Both the position numbers and the translations under genes were made by a program. A DNA stretch of 55,737 nt. Origin: an uncultured Bacillota bacterium (GTDB taxonomy: Bacteria; Bacillota_I; Bacilli_A; ML615J-28; CAG-313). The stretch lies in NCBI GenBank assembly GCA_946611195.1, contig CAMODB010000005.1:1-55737 (forward strand), read 5' to 3'. Every line of letters begins with the position of its first letter. Positions within the stretch are counted from its first letter, which is position 1. This document shows, piece after piece, positions 27,299 through 36,990 of the stretch. The notes under the pieces were generated by a model. That model saw only the letters and a list, made by a program, of their open reading frames with translations, did no database searches and was not told the origin of the DNA.

Positions 27299-28687
27299 GT
27301 GAAAATTATGAATAAGAAATATGAAATGGATATGACAAGTGGTAATCTATTTCTAAAGATGTTTCAATTTTCCATTCCTTTAATTCTAACTGGTATTTTA
27401 CAGCTTTTGTACAATGCCGCTGATTTATTAGTTGTTAGTAATTTTAGTGGTGATAAAGATGCTTTGGGAGCGGTTGGTTCTACTGGATCTTTAATCAGTT
27501 TAATTGTAAACCTCTTTATGGGTTTATCTGTTGGCACTAATGTTTTAGTTGCGAGAATGTACGCGTTAAAAGATGACGATGGAATGAGAAGAGTTGTACA
27601 TACTTCAGTAATACTTGCTATAAGTATGGGTACATTAGTTGGTATCTTTGGTTTCTTTATGGCTAAACCCTTACTTGTTTTAATGTCTAATCCAATTGAA
27701 TTGAGTGTTGTCTATTTAAAGATTTATTTTATTGGACTTCCTTTTAATCTATTATATAATTATTGTGCAGCAATACTTAGAGGAGTAGGTGATACAAAAA
27801 GGCCACTATATTTTTTAAGTGTTGCAGGTATTACCAACTTCTTACTTAATTTATTCTTCGTAGTTGTTCTTAAATTAAGTGTAGCTGGGGTAGCTATAGC
27901 GACAATAATATCCCAACTAGTATCTTGTATTTTAATCATTCATTGTTTAATTAAAACGAAAGAGAATTATCATTTCTCCTTTAAATATTTAAAATTTAGT
28001 AAACATGAATTATTAGAAACTCTAAGAATTGGTCTTCCTGCTGGTCTCCAATCATCAATCTTCTCGATTTCTAATGTTTTAATTCAATCAAGTGTTAATG
28101 CTTTTGGCGCAACCGCTATTAATGGTAATAGTGCCGCCCAAAGTTTAGAAGGTTTTGTTTACACATCAATGAATAGTGTATACCATGCCTCCTTATCTTT
28201 TACATCACAAAATGTAGCTGCCAAAAAAATTGAGAATTTTAAAAAAGTATTGATATCTGCTTTAATGATTGTAACAATTATTGGGGTTGTAATGGGTGGA
28301 AGTTTCTTTATATTTGGTAGAACTATGCTTAGTATTTATACCAAAATAGAACAAGAAATTGATGTTGGTTATATCAGACTTCATTATTTAACCCTTCCTT
28401 ATTTCTTGTGTGGTATTATGGATGTCACCTGTGGGGTTATTCGTGGTCTTGGTTACGCTATATTACCGATGATTGTATCTTTAGTTGGCGCTTGTGGTTT
28501 AAGAATCATATGGATTATTTTTATCTTTAGACCATTAACTGACTTTGTCAATCCCGTTGATTTAAATTATTTATATATATCTTATCCTATTTCTTGGATT
28601 ATTACTTTCTTAGCTCATCTTATTTGTTATTTTATATGTAGTAATAAAGTAAAGAAAAGAATTAAGCTTAGTTATAATATAGAATAA
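27299..28687 (+). CDS. MATE family efflux transporter
   Basis: 12 TM. PLILTGILQLLYNAAD, LRGVGDTKRPL, duplicated MATE halves. Confidence 0.93.
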   Translation: MKIMNKKYEMDMTSGNLFLKMFQFSIPLILTGILQLLYNAADLLVVSNFSGDKDALGAVGSTGSLISLIVNLFMGLSVGTNVLVARMYALKDDDGMRRVVHTSVILAISMGTLVGIFGFFMAKPLLVLMSNPIELSVVYLKIYFIGLPFNLLYNYCAAILRGVGDTKRPLYFLSVAGITNFLLNLFFVVVLKLSVAGVAIATIISQLVSCILIIHCLIKTKENYHFSFKYLKFSKHELLETLRIGLPAGLQSSIFSISNVLIQSSVNAFGATAINGNSAAQSLEGFVYTSMNSVYHASLSFTSQNVAAKKIENFKKVLISALMIVTIIGVVMGGSFFIFGRTMLSIYTKIEQEIDVGYIRLHYLTLPYFLCGIMDVTCGVIRGLGYAILPMIVSLVGACGLRIIWIIFIFRPLTDFVNPVDLNYLYISYPISWIITFLAHLICYFICSNKVKKRIKLSYNIE

Positions 28688-28712
28688 GGCACTATACATA
28701 AAGTATAGTGCC
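28688..28712. terminator. Bidirectional terminator between convergent genes
   Basis: ggcactatac-ataaa-gtatagtgcc. Confidence 0.85.
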
Positions 28713-28717
28713 ATTTT

Positions 28718-30622
28718 TTAATCTTCAAATTGCGTTTTATATAAGTTATAATAGATGCCTTCTTTTTTAAGTAATTCTTCATGTGAACCACTTTCTTTAA
28801 TTTCACCATCCATAATAACTAAGATTAAATCACAAGATACAATTGTCGAAAGACGATGTGCCACAATAAAGGTTGTACGACCCTTCATAAAATTATTTGT
28901 TACTTCTTGAATCTTTACTTCTGTGGATGTATCAATTGAAGAAGTAGCTTCGTCAAGAATTAAAATCTTCGGATTAATTAAAATTGTTCTCGCAAAGCAT
29001 AATAATTGTTTTTCACCTTGTGATAATTTTGAACCATCTTCACCAATTTGTGTATCATAACCATTTTCTAATTTTTGAATAAATTCATCAGCTTGTGCTT
29101 TCTTAGCAGCCTCGATGATTTCTTCCATTGTTGCATCTTTTTTACCATAAGCGATGTTTTCTTTTACTGTTCCATCAAATAAATGGGGATCTTGTAATAC
29201 ATAACCTAAATTAGTATGTAACCAAGTTTGACTTCTTTGACGATAATCAACACCATCAATTAAGATTTCACCTTCATTTGGTTCATAGAAACGACAAAGT
29301 AAATTAATAATTGTACTCTTACCATTACCAGTTTTACCAACTAAAGCAACACTTTGACCAGCTTTAATATGTAAATTGAAATTCTTTAAGATTGGTTCCT
29401 TTTCATTATAACCAAAAGTTACATTTTTAAATTCAACATCACCAATCAAATCAACAAAGTTCTCTCTTTTTGGTTCTCTAAAAGTACCATAGATTTCTTT
29501 AACTTCTTTACTATCTTCAATTTCTAGTGGTGTTTCAATTAATTCTATTATTCTTTCAGCAGCTGCTTCGGCTTGTTGAATATTAGCAATTAAATGGGAA
29601 ATCATCATTATAGGATCAAAGAATAAAGTCGTATAATTGATAAATAAATATAAGACAGGGATGGAAATTACTAAACCAGCTTTGGGACTTAAAATAAATG
29701 ATGAACCAATTCCTAAAGTAAAGGCTACGCCAATATAACCAATAACTAAAATTATTGGCCATAAGAAGCTGGATCTATATACCGCATGAATTGATTGTTT
29801 TTTCATATCATAAGCTAGATCATCAAATTCATGAGCCATCTTTTCTTCAATTACTAAAGTTTTAGTAGTTTTAGCTCCTTCAATATTTTGATCAAAAGCG
29901 GAAGTAATTTTTGAATTAGTTTTTCTTACACTTCGATAAGCATCAAGAATTAATTTTCTAAATAATAACGCAATAGAAAACATGATTGGGGTTAAAACAG
30001 TAATGATTAAAGCTAATTTAAAATTAGTAATATAAATCATCACTAAAACACTAAACATTGTTAATAATCCCCAAGCAAGATCGACAAAACCCCAAGATAG
30101 AATTTCTGATAATTTTCTGGAATCCGATGTTAATCTACTCATTATCCAACCTGCCTTAGTCTTATCATAATAAGAGAAAGGTAATTCTTGTAATTTTTCA
30201 AAAGCTTCTTTTCTTAATTCATAAGCAACAAAGGCTTCAATACGACCAGCATTATAAATAAAGAAATAAATGAAGACCATATAAAGAGCAGCAAATAATA
30301 AATAGATACCAATATAAACCCATTTTAAATCAAAATTAGGATTGTCAGAAAAAAATACTTCGACAACTTTAGAATTAATAAATGGGGTTAGAACATCAAG
30401 TAAGGCTACAACACCAATAGAAAGAGCCATACCAATAAAATGTTTTTTATCTTTAAAAACTACTTTAAAGATTTTCTTCCAAATTGACGCATTAATCTTT
30501 TGATATTTTTCATCTTTATTCTTTTTATTTAATTTAACATTTTGATTAATTAGATATACATATAAAGAAACAAAAGCTAAGGCTAAAAAGATAGCGCCAA
30601 TAATAACGATGGCATTATACAT
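28718..30622 (-). CDS. Type IV ABC exporter subunit (heterodimer, canonical Walker B)
   Basis: TMD+NBD. GKTGNGKST, degenerate signature LSQGEKQ, ILDEATSSID, AHR. Confidence 0.93.
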   Translation of the reverse strand: MYNAIVIIGAIFLALAFVSLYVYLINQNVKLNKKNKDEKYQKINASIWKKIFKVVFKDKKHFIGMALSIGVVALLDVLTPFINSKVVEVFFSDNPNFDLKWVYIGIYLLFAALYMVFIYFFIYNAGRIEAFVAYELRKEAFEKLQELPFSYYDKTKAGWIMSRLTSDSRKLSEILSWGFVDLAWGLLTMFSVLVMIYITNFKLALIITVLTPIMFSIALLFRKLILDAYRSVRKTNSKITSAFDQNIEGAKTTKTLVIEEKMAHEFDDLAYDMKKQSIHAVYRSSFLWPIILVIGYIGVAFTLGIGSSFILSPKAGLVISIPVLYLFINYTTLFFDPIMMISHLIANIQQAEAAAERIIELIETPLEIEDSKEVKEIYGTFREPKRENFVDLIGDVEFKNVTFGYNEKEPILKNFNLHIKAGQSVALVGKTGNGKSTIINLLCRFYEPNEGEILIDGVDYRQRSQTWLHTNLGYVLQDPHLFDGTVKENIAYGKKDATMEEIIEAAKKAQADEFIQKLENGYDTQIGEDGSKLSQGEKQLLCFARTILINPKILILDEATSSIDTSTEVKIQEVTNNFMKGRTTFIVAHRLSTIVSCDLILVIMDGEIKESGSHEELLKKEGIYYNLYKTQFED

Positions 30623-32432
30623 CTAAATCACCACCTTTACTTTCTTGGAATTTATATTCAAGAGCACCTTGAATTTCCCATAATTCTTGATAAATTCCCT
30701 TCTTATTTTTAAGTTCATCATGGGTACCAATTTCTGATATCATACCATTATCAAGAACAATAATTCGATCAGCAGATTTTGCGGTAGTAATACGATGGGT
30801 AATAATAATGGTTGTTGAATTACTATTGTGTTCTTTTAATTCTCTTCTGATTTCTTTATCCGTATTAGTATCAACTGCTGATAAAGAATCATCAAAAATA
30901 AGAATTGGCTTTTCATCTATTAGCATTCTCGCAATCGCTACTCTTTGTTTTTGACCACCGGATAAGGTAACACCTTTTTCACCTACTTCGGTGTCATATT
31001 GTTTTTCAAAATTCATAATATCATTATGGATTTTAGCGAGTTTACTAGCGCGATATACATCTTTTATTGTCGCATCATCTTTCGTAATACGGACATTTTC
31101 TTCGATACTACGCGCATATAAATAAGGATCTTGCATTACCAAACCAATATGCGAACGCATCCACTTCTTATCGATTTCTTTTAATTCAACACCATCAATC
31201 TTAATCGAACCACTACTATATTCTAGTAATCTTTCTAATAAATAAATAATTGTACTTTTACCACAACCTGTTTTACCAACTACTGCAATGGTTTCCCCAG
31301 GATTAATTTCAAAACTTAAATTGTGTAATAATTCAACTGTTGCGTCATCAAATTTAAAACTAACATCATCAAAAACAATATGACCATAAATATTTGGTTT
31401 TAAAGTACCATTAATCTTATATTCACTTTCAAGTTGTAAGATTTCATCAATACGACGAGCTGCAATCTTTGATTTTGAGAAATCATTGATAATACGACCT
31501 AAACTTCTAATTGGATAAATTAGTAGTGATATATATGATAAGCAAGCAACAATATCACCAGTTGTGACTAAACCAGCTTGTGCAAGATAGATACAGAAAC
31601 CAATCGTTATCGCATATTGAATTAAGCTTAAACCATCTGATAAACCCCAGAATAGGGCCCCAATCTTTGTTAAACGATAATTAGCATCTCTAAATTTTTC
31701 ATTCTTTTCTTGGAATTTTTCTATTTCATTCTTTTCTTGTGCAAAAGCTTTTACAACTCTAATACCTTTAACATTTTCTTCAATTACACCGGTCATGTCC
31801 GATTCAATCTCTTCGATTTTATCAAATCTTTTACTCATATTTTTAAAATGAATAATAGATAAGAATAAACTAATCGGAATAATGATCAAAGTAACTAACA
31901 TGATTTGATAATTAATAGCCGACATTTGAACTGCGGAAGCTAAGAATGCCGCAAAAATATAAAAGATTTCTGTTAATTCTGTTGATAAAAAGACTCTAGC
32001 AGTTTCAATATCCGATGTACATCTTTGAATTAAATCACCACTATCCGCATTATTATGATAAGTATATGTTAAATTTTGAATCGTGTGGAATAATTCTTTC
32101 CGCATATTTAAACTGATGTTTTCACCAAAGATTCCTTTTATTACATCACTCAAGAACATGATAAAAGCTCTTAAGATTTGATAAAAGACTAATGTAAAGC
32201 CAACCATCATTACACAATCGATAGCACTTTTAACTCTAACATCTTCAAAGAAATCCACTAAGAATTTTGGAAGTGTAGTTGATGCGGAAGCATTTTGTTC
32301 AAGTACAAAATCGAAAACATATTTGGTAAATTGGGGAACATAGGAATAAGTGATTGGTAATATTACACTAAAAAGTGTTGCGACAACAAGTAAGAACCAC
32401 TCCCTCTTGACCCACTTAAATAACTTTTTCAT
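30615..32432 (-). CDS. Type IV ABC exporter subunit (heterodimer, degenerate Walker B)
   Basis: GKTGCGKST, LSGGQKQR, IFDDSLSAVD. The complementary degeneracy with its partner is typical of asymmetric exporters. Confidence 0.93.
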   Translation of the reverse strand: MKKLFKWVKREWFLLVVATLFSVILPITYSYVPQFTKYVFDFVLEQNASASTTLPKFLVDFFEDVRVKSAIDCVMMVGFTLVFYQILRAFIMFLSDVIKGIFGENISLNMRKELFHTIQNLTYTYHNNADSGDLIQRCTSDIETARVFLSTELTEIFYIFAAFLASAVQMSAINYQIMLVTLIIIPISLFLSIIHFKNMSKRFDKIEEIESDMTGVIEENVKGIRVVKAFAQEKNEIEKFQEKNEKFRDANYRLTKIGALFWGLSDGLSLIQYAITIGFCIYLAQAGLVTTGDIVACLSYISLLIYPIRSLGRIINDFSKSKIAARRIDEILQLESEYKINGTLKPNIYGHIVFDDVSFKFDDATVELLHNLSFEINPGETIAVVGKTGCGKSTIIYLLERLLEYSSGSIKIDGVELKEIDKKWMRSHIGLVMQDPYLYARSIEENVRITKDDATIKDVYRASKLAKIHNDIMNFEKQYDTEVGEKGVTLSGGQKQRVAIARMLIDEKPILIFDDSLSAVDTNTDKEIRRELKEHNSNSTTIIITHRITTAKSADRIIVLDNGMISEIGTHDELKNKKGIYQELWEIQGALEYKFQESKGGDLDV

Positions 32433-32514
32433 GTTTCTTTTTCTCCTTTTTTAATATATTATCATACTTTATATATATTACAAAATCAAATGCAATGAAA
32501 AAGTTTACAAAAAA

Positions 32515-32543
32515 AGTTAATTCTTTTTTAAAAAGAATTAACT
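32515..32543 (-). terminator. Terminator after the NitT/TauT permease
   Basis: agttaattctttt / aaaagaattaact stem, U run on the minus strand. Confidence 0.7.
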
Positions 32544-32548
32544 AAATT

Positions 32549-33301
32549 TTATTTATTTTTGATTTTCTTTCCCATAAATCTGATTAATAAATCAATTAAA
32601 CCAATTAAAAAGACTAATATTACTACCCAAGCTAAGATATAATCATAACTAGTGCTTGATTTATAATCATAGATATAACCACCGATTGAATGATTAGTTG
32701 AACAAATATATTCACCCATTATCATTGTTTTAAAACCTAAGCCAAAGCTTGATAATAGACTCATAATGATGGTTGGAAAAAGAATAGGTACAATTCCTAC
32801 AAAGAATTTTCTAAATTTAGATATATCTAAGGTCTTTAAATCATCATCAATTTCTTTATTTAAATTATCTACTCCACTAATAAAGGATTCAATCATAATT
32901 GGTAAGACCACAAATGAAGTAAGAATATAAGGAGCGGCAGTGGAAGAGATAGCTAAAAAGAGATATACCGCTATTGCCGCAAAAGGTGCTACTTTCATAA
33001 TTGTTACAATTGGTCTTATTATATAAGTGGAGGATGGAATTAAATAATATAAAAAAGTAATTATAAAACTGATAATTAAACAAATCAAAACCGATATTAA
33101 AACTTTAACAAAGGTTAAAAGAATAGCACTTGCACTATCCCAGGTTGATAAAGTTTCACTTATTCGCTTAAAGATAGTTCCTAAAGATGGATATATTAAT
33201 TCGACATCTTTTATGCTTGCTATTACTTGCCAAATAACAAAGAGAAGAATAATTGTAAGAATTGAATAGATATATTTCTTAAGATAAATAGAATGCCGCA
33301 T
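32549..33301 (-). CDS. NitT/TauT-family ABC transporter permease
   Basis: Multi-TM. IRPIVTIMKVAP, EAA-like loop, GFKTMIMGEY...SIG. Confidence 0.85.
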   Translation of the reverse strand: MRHSIYLKKYIYSILTIILLFVIWQVIASIKDVELIYPSLGTIFKRISETLSTWDSASAILLTFVKVLISVLICLIISFIITFLYYLIPSSTYIIRPIVTIMKVAPFAAIAVYLFLAISSTAAPYILTSFVVLPIMIESFISGVDNLNKEIDDDLKTLDISKFRKFFVGIVPILFPTIIMSLLSSFGLGFKTMIMGEYICSTNHSIGGYIYDYKSSTSYDYILAWVVILVFLIGLIDLLIRFMGKKIKNK

Positions 33302-34217
33302 CAGGTAGTTTGCCTCCTACTTGTGCACTAAAACCTAAATCAATCATTGTTTGTAAATAATATGCTACTTCTTTTATTTCATTATCTAAAATAAAATAAT
33401 TACAATTTGGAATAGCTTTTGTTAAAACCTCTACACCTAAAGTTTTAAAACTATTGTGTAATTGAACAGCTTCACTGGCTGCTTTTTCGGGATTAAGAAT
33501 TGCGCTATTAACGCTATTATGTAATTTAGTTAAAGCTGCTTTTATATTTACATCATTGTATTTATCAATTTTTACAAAGATACCTGCTTGTGGATATGAA
33601 GAAAAGCCAGTTAATTTTTGCCATTCTTTTTGTAAATCAATAACTGATAAATTAAGATTCATTTTAAGTTTTGATAAGGCTGGTTCCGCACTAATAACAT
33701 AATCGGCTTGATTAGAAACAAGTAACGCATTAGCTTCGGATACATCGCTAACATATTTTAGATTGACATTTAAGCCATCTAAATTATTAATAAGCGTTCT
33801 AAAAACAATATCTGGTGTTGAATTCTTGCCAAATACAACGACTTCTTTACCATCTAATTCGTTTAAAGAACTGATTTCTTTTTTACTAGCTAAATATAAA
33901 TTACCCCAAACAAAGGTTTTAAATAAACCATATTTTTGATTTGTATTATAGAATTTAGATCCTAAATTTACGGGAGCTACAATAATATCATAATTAGCTT
34001 GTGTGAATGCCGCAACTAATAAATCAGCACCAGCTGTTATTTCTACAGTATTACCATTTTTAATTAAATCATTAGCTGCCTCAGCTAAACCTAAAGCTGG
34101 TGTACCAGTAGGCATAATTACAGATACTTTTTCAAGATCTTTATCTTGAGAGATAGTACAACTAGTAAAAGTCATACCGAAAATAAATAAACATAAAATT
34201 AATAATATTTTTTTCAT
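33279..34217 (-). CDS. NitT/TauT-family (SsuA/THI5-like) substrate-binding lipoprotein
   Basis: Lipobox FTSC, PTGTPAL, GKNSTPDIVF, SAEP, YPQAGIFV. Confidence 0.85.
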   Translation of the reverse strand: MKKILLILCLFIFGMTFTSCTISQDKDLEKVSVIMPTGTPALGLAEAANDLIKNGNTVEITAGADLLVAAFTQANYDIIVAPVNLGSKFYNTNQKYGLFKTFVWGNLYLASKKEISSLNELDGKEVVVFGKNSTPDIVFRTLINNLDGLNVNLKYVSDVSEANALLVSNQADYVISAEPALSKLKMNLNLSVIDLQKEWQKLTGFSSYPQAGIFVKIDKYNDVNIKAALTKLHNSVNSAILNPEKAASEAVQLHNSFKTLGVEVLTKAIPNCNYFILDNEIKEVAYYLQTMIDLGFSAQVGGKLPDAAFYLS

Positions 34218-34269
34218 AATAAATCATTTCCTTTGCAATAATATTATATCAAATGTATAATATAAATGC

Positions 34270-34285
34270 TGTAACAAATGTTACA
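34270..34285. promoter_or_regulatory. Crp/Fnr-type operator TGTAAC-N4-GTTACA
   Basis: Perfect palindrome between the divergent Crp/Fnr gene and ABC genes. Confidence 0.75.
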
Positions 34286-34320
34286 CTTTTGTTTGATTGT
34301 TATATATATAAGGAGTAGAT

Positions 34321-34911
34321 ATGAATTTATTAGAAACCTTAAATAAAAAAGAATTAGATGATTATACTTATCTTAAGGAATATAGACCTAATCAAGTAAT
34401 CTTTTATGAACAAGATTATTGTGATCGAATTGGTATTATCATAGAAGGTAAAGCAGTCATTGGCACAAGAATCAATGATGATAAAGAAGAAATAATCACA
34501 ACCCTTTATCCAAATGATTTATTTGGTCACTATTTAATCTTTAGTAAAAAAAATCAGTATTTAGGAACCGGTTATACAATCAATAAAACCAAGATTAGAT
34601 ATATATCAAAGATAAGTTTAAATAAATTATTTGAAGTAAACAAGAACTTTTTAAATAAATATTTAGAACTTATTTGTGATGGTAGTATTAATTTAAAGAA
34701 TCAAGTCAAATTATTAAGTCATAAAAATATTAGTGAACGTATAATGTATTATTTCTTAACTAATAATATTAATAATAAAATATATCTAAAAAGCGTAACA
34801 GATTTAGCAAACCTTTTATCTCTTCCTCGTCCTTCAGTATCTAGAGAATTAACTAATTTAATAAAAGATAAGAAAATAAAAAAAGATGGTAAAGAAATTA
34901 CCATCCTCTAA
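34321..34911 (+). CDS. Crp/Fnr family transcriptional regulator
   Basis: cNMP-binding-like beta barrel (IFYEQD..IGIIIEG..DLFG) and HTH LANLLSLPRPSVSREL. Confidence 0.92.
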   Translation: MNLLETLNKKELDDYTYLKEYRPNQVIFYEQDYCDRIGIIIEGKAVIGTRINDDKEEIITTLYPNDLFGHYLIFSKKNQYLGTGYTINKTKIRYISKISLNKLFEVNKNFLNKYLELICDGSINLKNQVKLLSHKNISERIMYYFLTNNINNKIYLKSVTDLANLLSLPRPSVSRELTNLIKDKKIKKDGKEITIL

Positions 34912-34931
34912 ATTAATAATAAAGGTTTATT

Positions 34932-35828
34932 TTAAAATCCTGTAATTAGGCAAATAATATAACCAACAAATATACTAATCAATAACATTGTGAATAAAAT
35001 CATTAAATTTTCTTTTAATGATTTTTTTCTTTTAAAGATAAAGATAAGACCTAAGCCGGCATTCATACATAAGCCTGCTACGCATGATCCTAGACTTAAA
35101 CTTCCTGTAAGGTAAGTTTGAGCAATAATAACGCTTGATGCACAATTCGGAATTAAACCAATTAAACTGGAAATAATAGGAGAAATATATTTAAAATTAG
35201 CTAAGAATGCTGCAATATTATCTTCACCAATATAATAAATGAGAATACCAAATATTAAATTGATAATTAAACAATAGATAAAGATTTTGATAGAATGAAG
35301 AAGGGGATGGAGAAAATGTTTATATAATTTTGATTCCGGGTTCTTGTTACCAAGGTGATGATGACAACAACCAATAAGTTCTTGATTATCAAAATCATGT
35401 TCACAATGATCTTCATGTAAATGATGTTCTACTTCTTCTTTTCTTTTATAAAGAACTAAATCTATTAAATAACCACTGATAAAACCAACTACAAATTTAA
35501 TACCTACGATTAATAAAACCGAAAGTATATGATCTTTATAACCTGTCGATATTAAAATAGGTAAAGCTTCATCACTACAAGATAAGAATAAGGCTACTAA
35601 TGTTCCCACTGTTATATGATGTGAAACATAGAGATTAGCACCTACAACACTAATTCCACATTGAGGAATAAGACCTAAGAGTGAACCTAATAGCGGTGAG
35701 AAGCGATTCTTTTTTCCTAACACTTTGGCTATCTTTTCTTCTAAAAAACTAATAATTATATATATTATTATCGCAACCGCAAATACTTTTAAAGAATCAA
35801 GTAAGGCATCTAAAATAACATCCCACAT
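34932..35828 (-). CDS. Putative metal (Mn/Zn) transporter with His-rich loop
   Basis: GLIPQCGISV / GLIPNCASSV repeats, SCSDEALP, HHLHEDHCEH..CCHHH. Confidence 0.75.
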   Translation of the reverse strand: MWDVILDALLDSLKVFAVAIIIYIIISFLEEKIAKVLGKKNRFSPLLGSLLGLIPQCGISVVGANLYVSHHITVGTLVALFLSCSDEALPILISTGYKDHILSVLLIVGIKFVVGFISGYLIDLVLYKRKEEVEHHLHEDHCEHDFDNQELIGCCHHHLGNKNPESKLYKHFLHPLLHSIKIFIYCLIINLIFGILIYYIGEDNIAAFLANFKYISPIISSLIGLIPNCASSVIIAQTYLTGSLSLGSCVAGLCMNAGLGLIFIFKRKKSLKENLMILFTMLLISIFVGYIICLITGF

Positions 35829-36247
35829 TATTTTGCCTCCTTATTTTGACATTCTTCACATATTCCATAAAAAACAACACGTCCTGGATCAACCATAAAT
35901 TTATGTTCTTCCATTATGTGTTCAACGATATCATCTACTTTTTGACATTTAAGATGGATAAGTTTACCACATTCTGTACACATCAAATGGAAATGATGAC
36001 TACAATGTTCTTTATCTTCAATATATTGATAACAAGCTTTTTCATTTTCGCCAATTAAGAATTTTTGGACTTCACCAGTTTGTACTAATACATCAAGATA
36101 ACGATATAGGGTAGCACGCGAAACATAGATTTGTTTTGCGTTAAGGATAAAGAGCATTTCATCAACATTTAAATGTCGATTAGCATTATTCTTTAACATT
36201 TCTAAAATCTTTTGTTTTTGAACTGTATTATAAGCTTTATTATCCAT
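35828..36247 (-). CDS. Fur family transcriptional regulator (start reassigned to ATG 36247)
   Basis: T.QKQ.IL, H, SRATLYRYL, HHFHLMCTECG, CEEC. AGGAGG SD before MDNKAY. Confidence 0.92.
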   Translation of the reverse strand: MDNKAYNTVQKQKILEMLKNNANRHLNVDEMLFILNAKQIYVSRATLYRYLDVLVQTGEVQKFLIGENEKACYQYIEDKEHCSHHFHLMCTECGKLIHLKCQKVDDIVEHIMEEHKFMVDPGRVVFYGICEECQNKEAK

Positions 36248-36264
36248 ATATCCTCCTAAATTGA

Positions 36265-36285
36265 AATTGAGACTCATTCTTAATT
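36265..36285. promoter_or_regulatory. Fur-box-like 10-1-10 inverted repeat
   Basis: AATTGAGACT-C-ATTCTTAATT, 8 of 10 pairs symmetric, just downstream of the minus-strand -10 (36287-36292). Confidence 0.6.
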
Positions 36286-36357
36286 TATTATAACATAATA
36301 AAAAAATATTTACTATTCTTTTGCATAAAAAGAAAAAATGCATTAAAATAATAGTGG

Positions 36358-36972
36358 GTGATATATATGGTAATTACAATTAGTAGAGAATGTGGTAGTG
36401 GCGGACATACTCTCGCCATGATGGTTGCGGATAAATTAAATATACCTTGTTATGATAAAGAGATAATCAGTGAAGTTGCTGAAAAATGTAATGTTAGTGA
36501 TGAATATGTAAGAGAAGCTGGTGAACTTTTAAAAGGTGGTTTCTTAAATCATATCATTGGTACTAATAATTATGTTTATCCTTATTCGACACCTTCTTTA
36601 AGAGATAAAATCAATAGTGTACAAGTAGATGTTATTAAAGAATTAGCAAAAAAACATGATTGTATTATTATTGGACGTGGTGCTGATTATATCTTAAGAG
36701 AAGAAAAACAAGTATTAAATGTTTTTGTTAAAGCAAACCTCGAATATAAAATTGCGCAAGCTAAATTGAAACATGGTTTAAATGAAAAAGATGCGAAAAC
36801 AATTCTCGAAAAAAGAGATAAAGAAAGAAGTAAACATTATTATTATTACACCGGTCGTAATTGGTCAGATTATAAAAATTATGATTTAATTATTGATACT
36901 GGTAAATTAGGTTTAGAAGAAGCTAGTAATATTATTATTGAAGCTTACAATTACATAAAGAAAAGTGCTTGA
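36358..36972 (+). CDS. Cytidylate kinase-like family protein
   Basis: ITISRECGSGG, IIIGRGADYIL, RDKERSKHYYYYTG..W..YDL. Promoter TTGCAT-17-TAAAAT at 36321-36349. Confidence 0.88.
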   Translation: MIYMVITISRECGSGGHTLAMMVADKLNIPCYDKEIISEVAEKCNVSDEYVREAGELLKGGFLNHIIGTNNYVYPYSTPSLRDKINSVQVDVIKELAKKHDCIIIGRGADYILREEKQVLNVFVKANLEYKIAQAKLKHGLNEKDAKTILEKRDKERSKHYYYYTGRNWSDYKNYDLIIDTGKLGLEEASNIIIEAYNYIKKSA

Positions 36973-36989
36973 TAAATTCAAGCACTTTT
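36961..36989. terminator. Bidirectional terminator
   Basis: aaaagtgcttga / tcaagcactttt. Confidence 0.85.
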
Positions 36990-36990
36990 T

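Noticed and set aside
36248-36343. N-terminal extension of the Fur ORF
   Set aside because: It runs through the promoter. A strong AGGAGG SD precedes ATG 36247.
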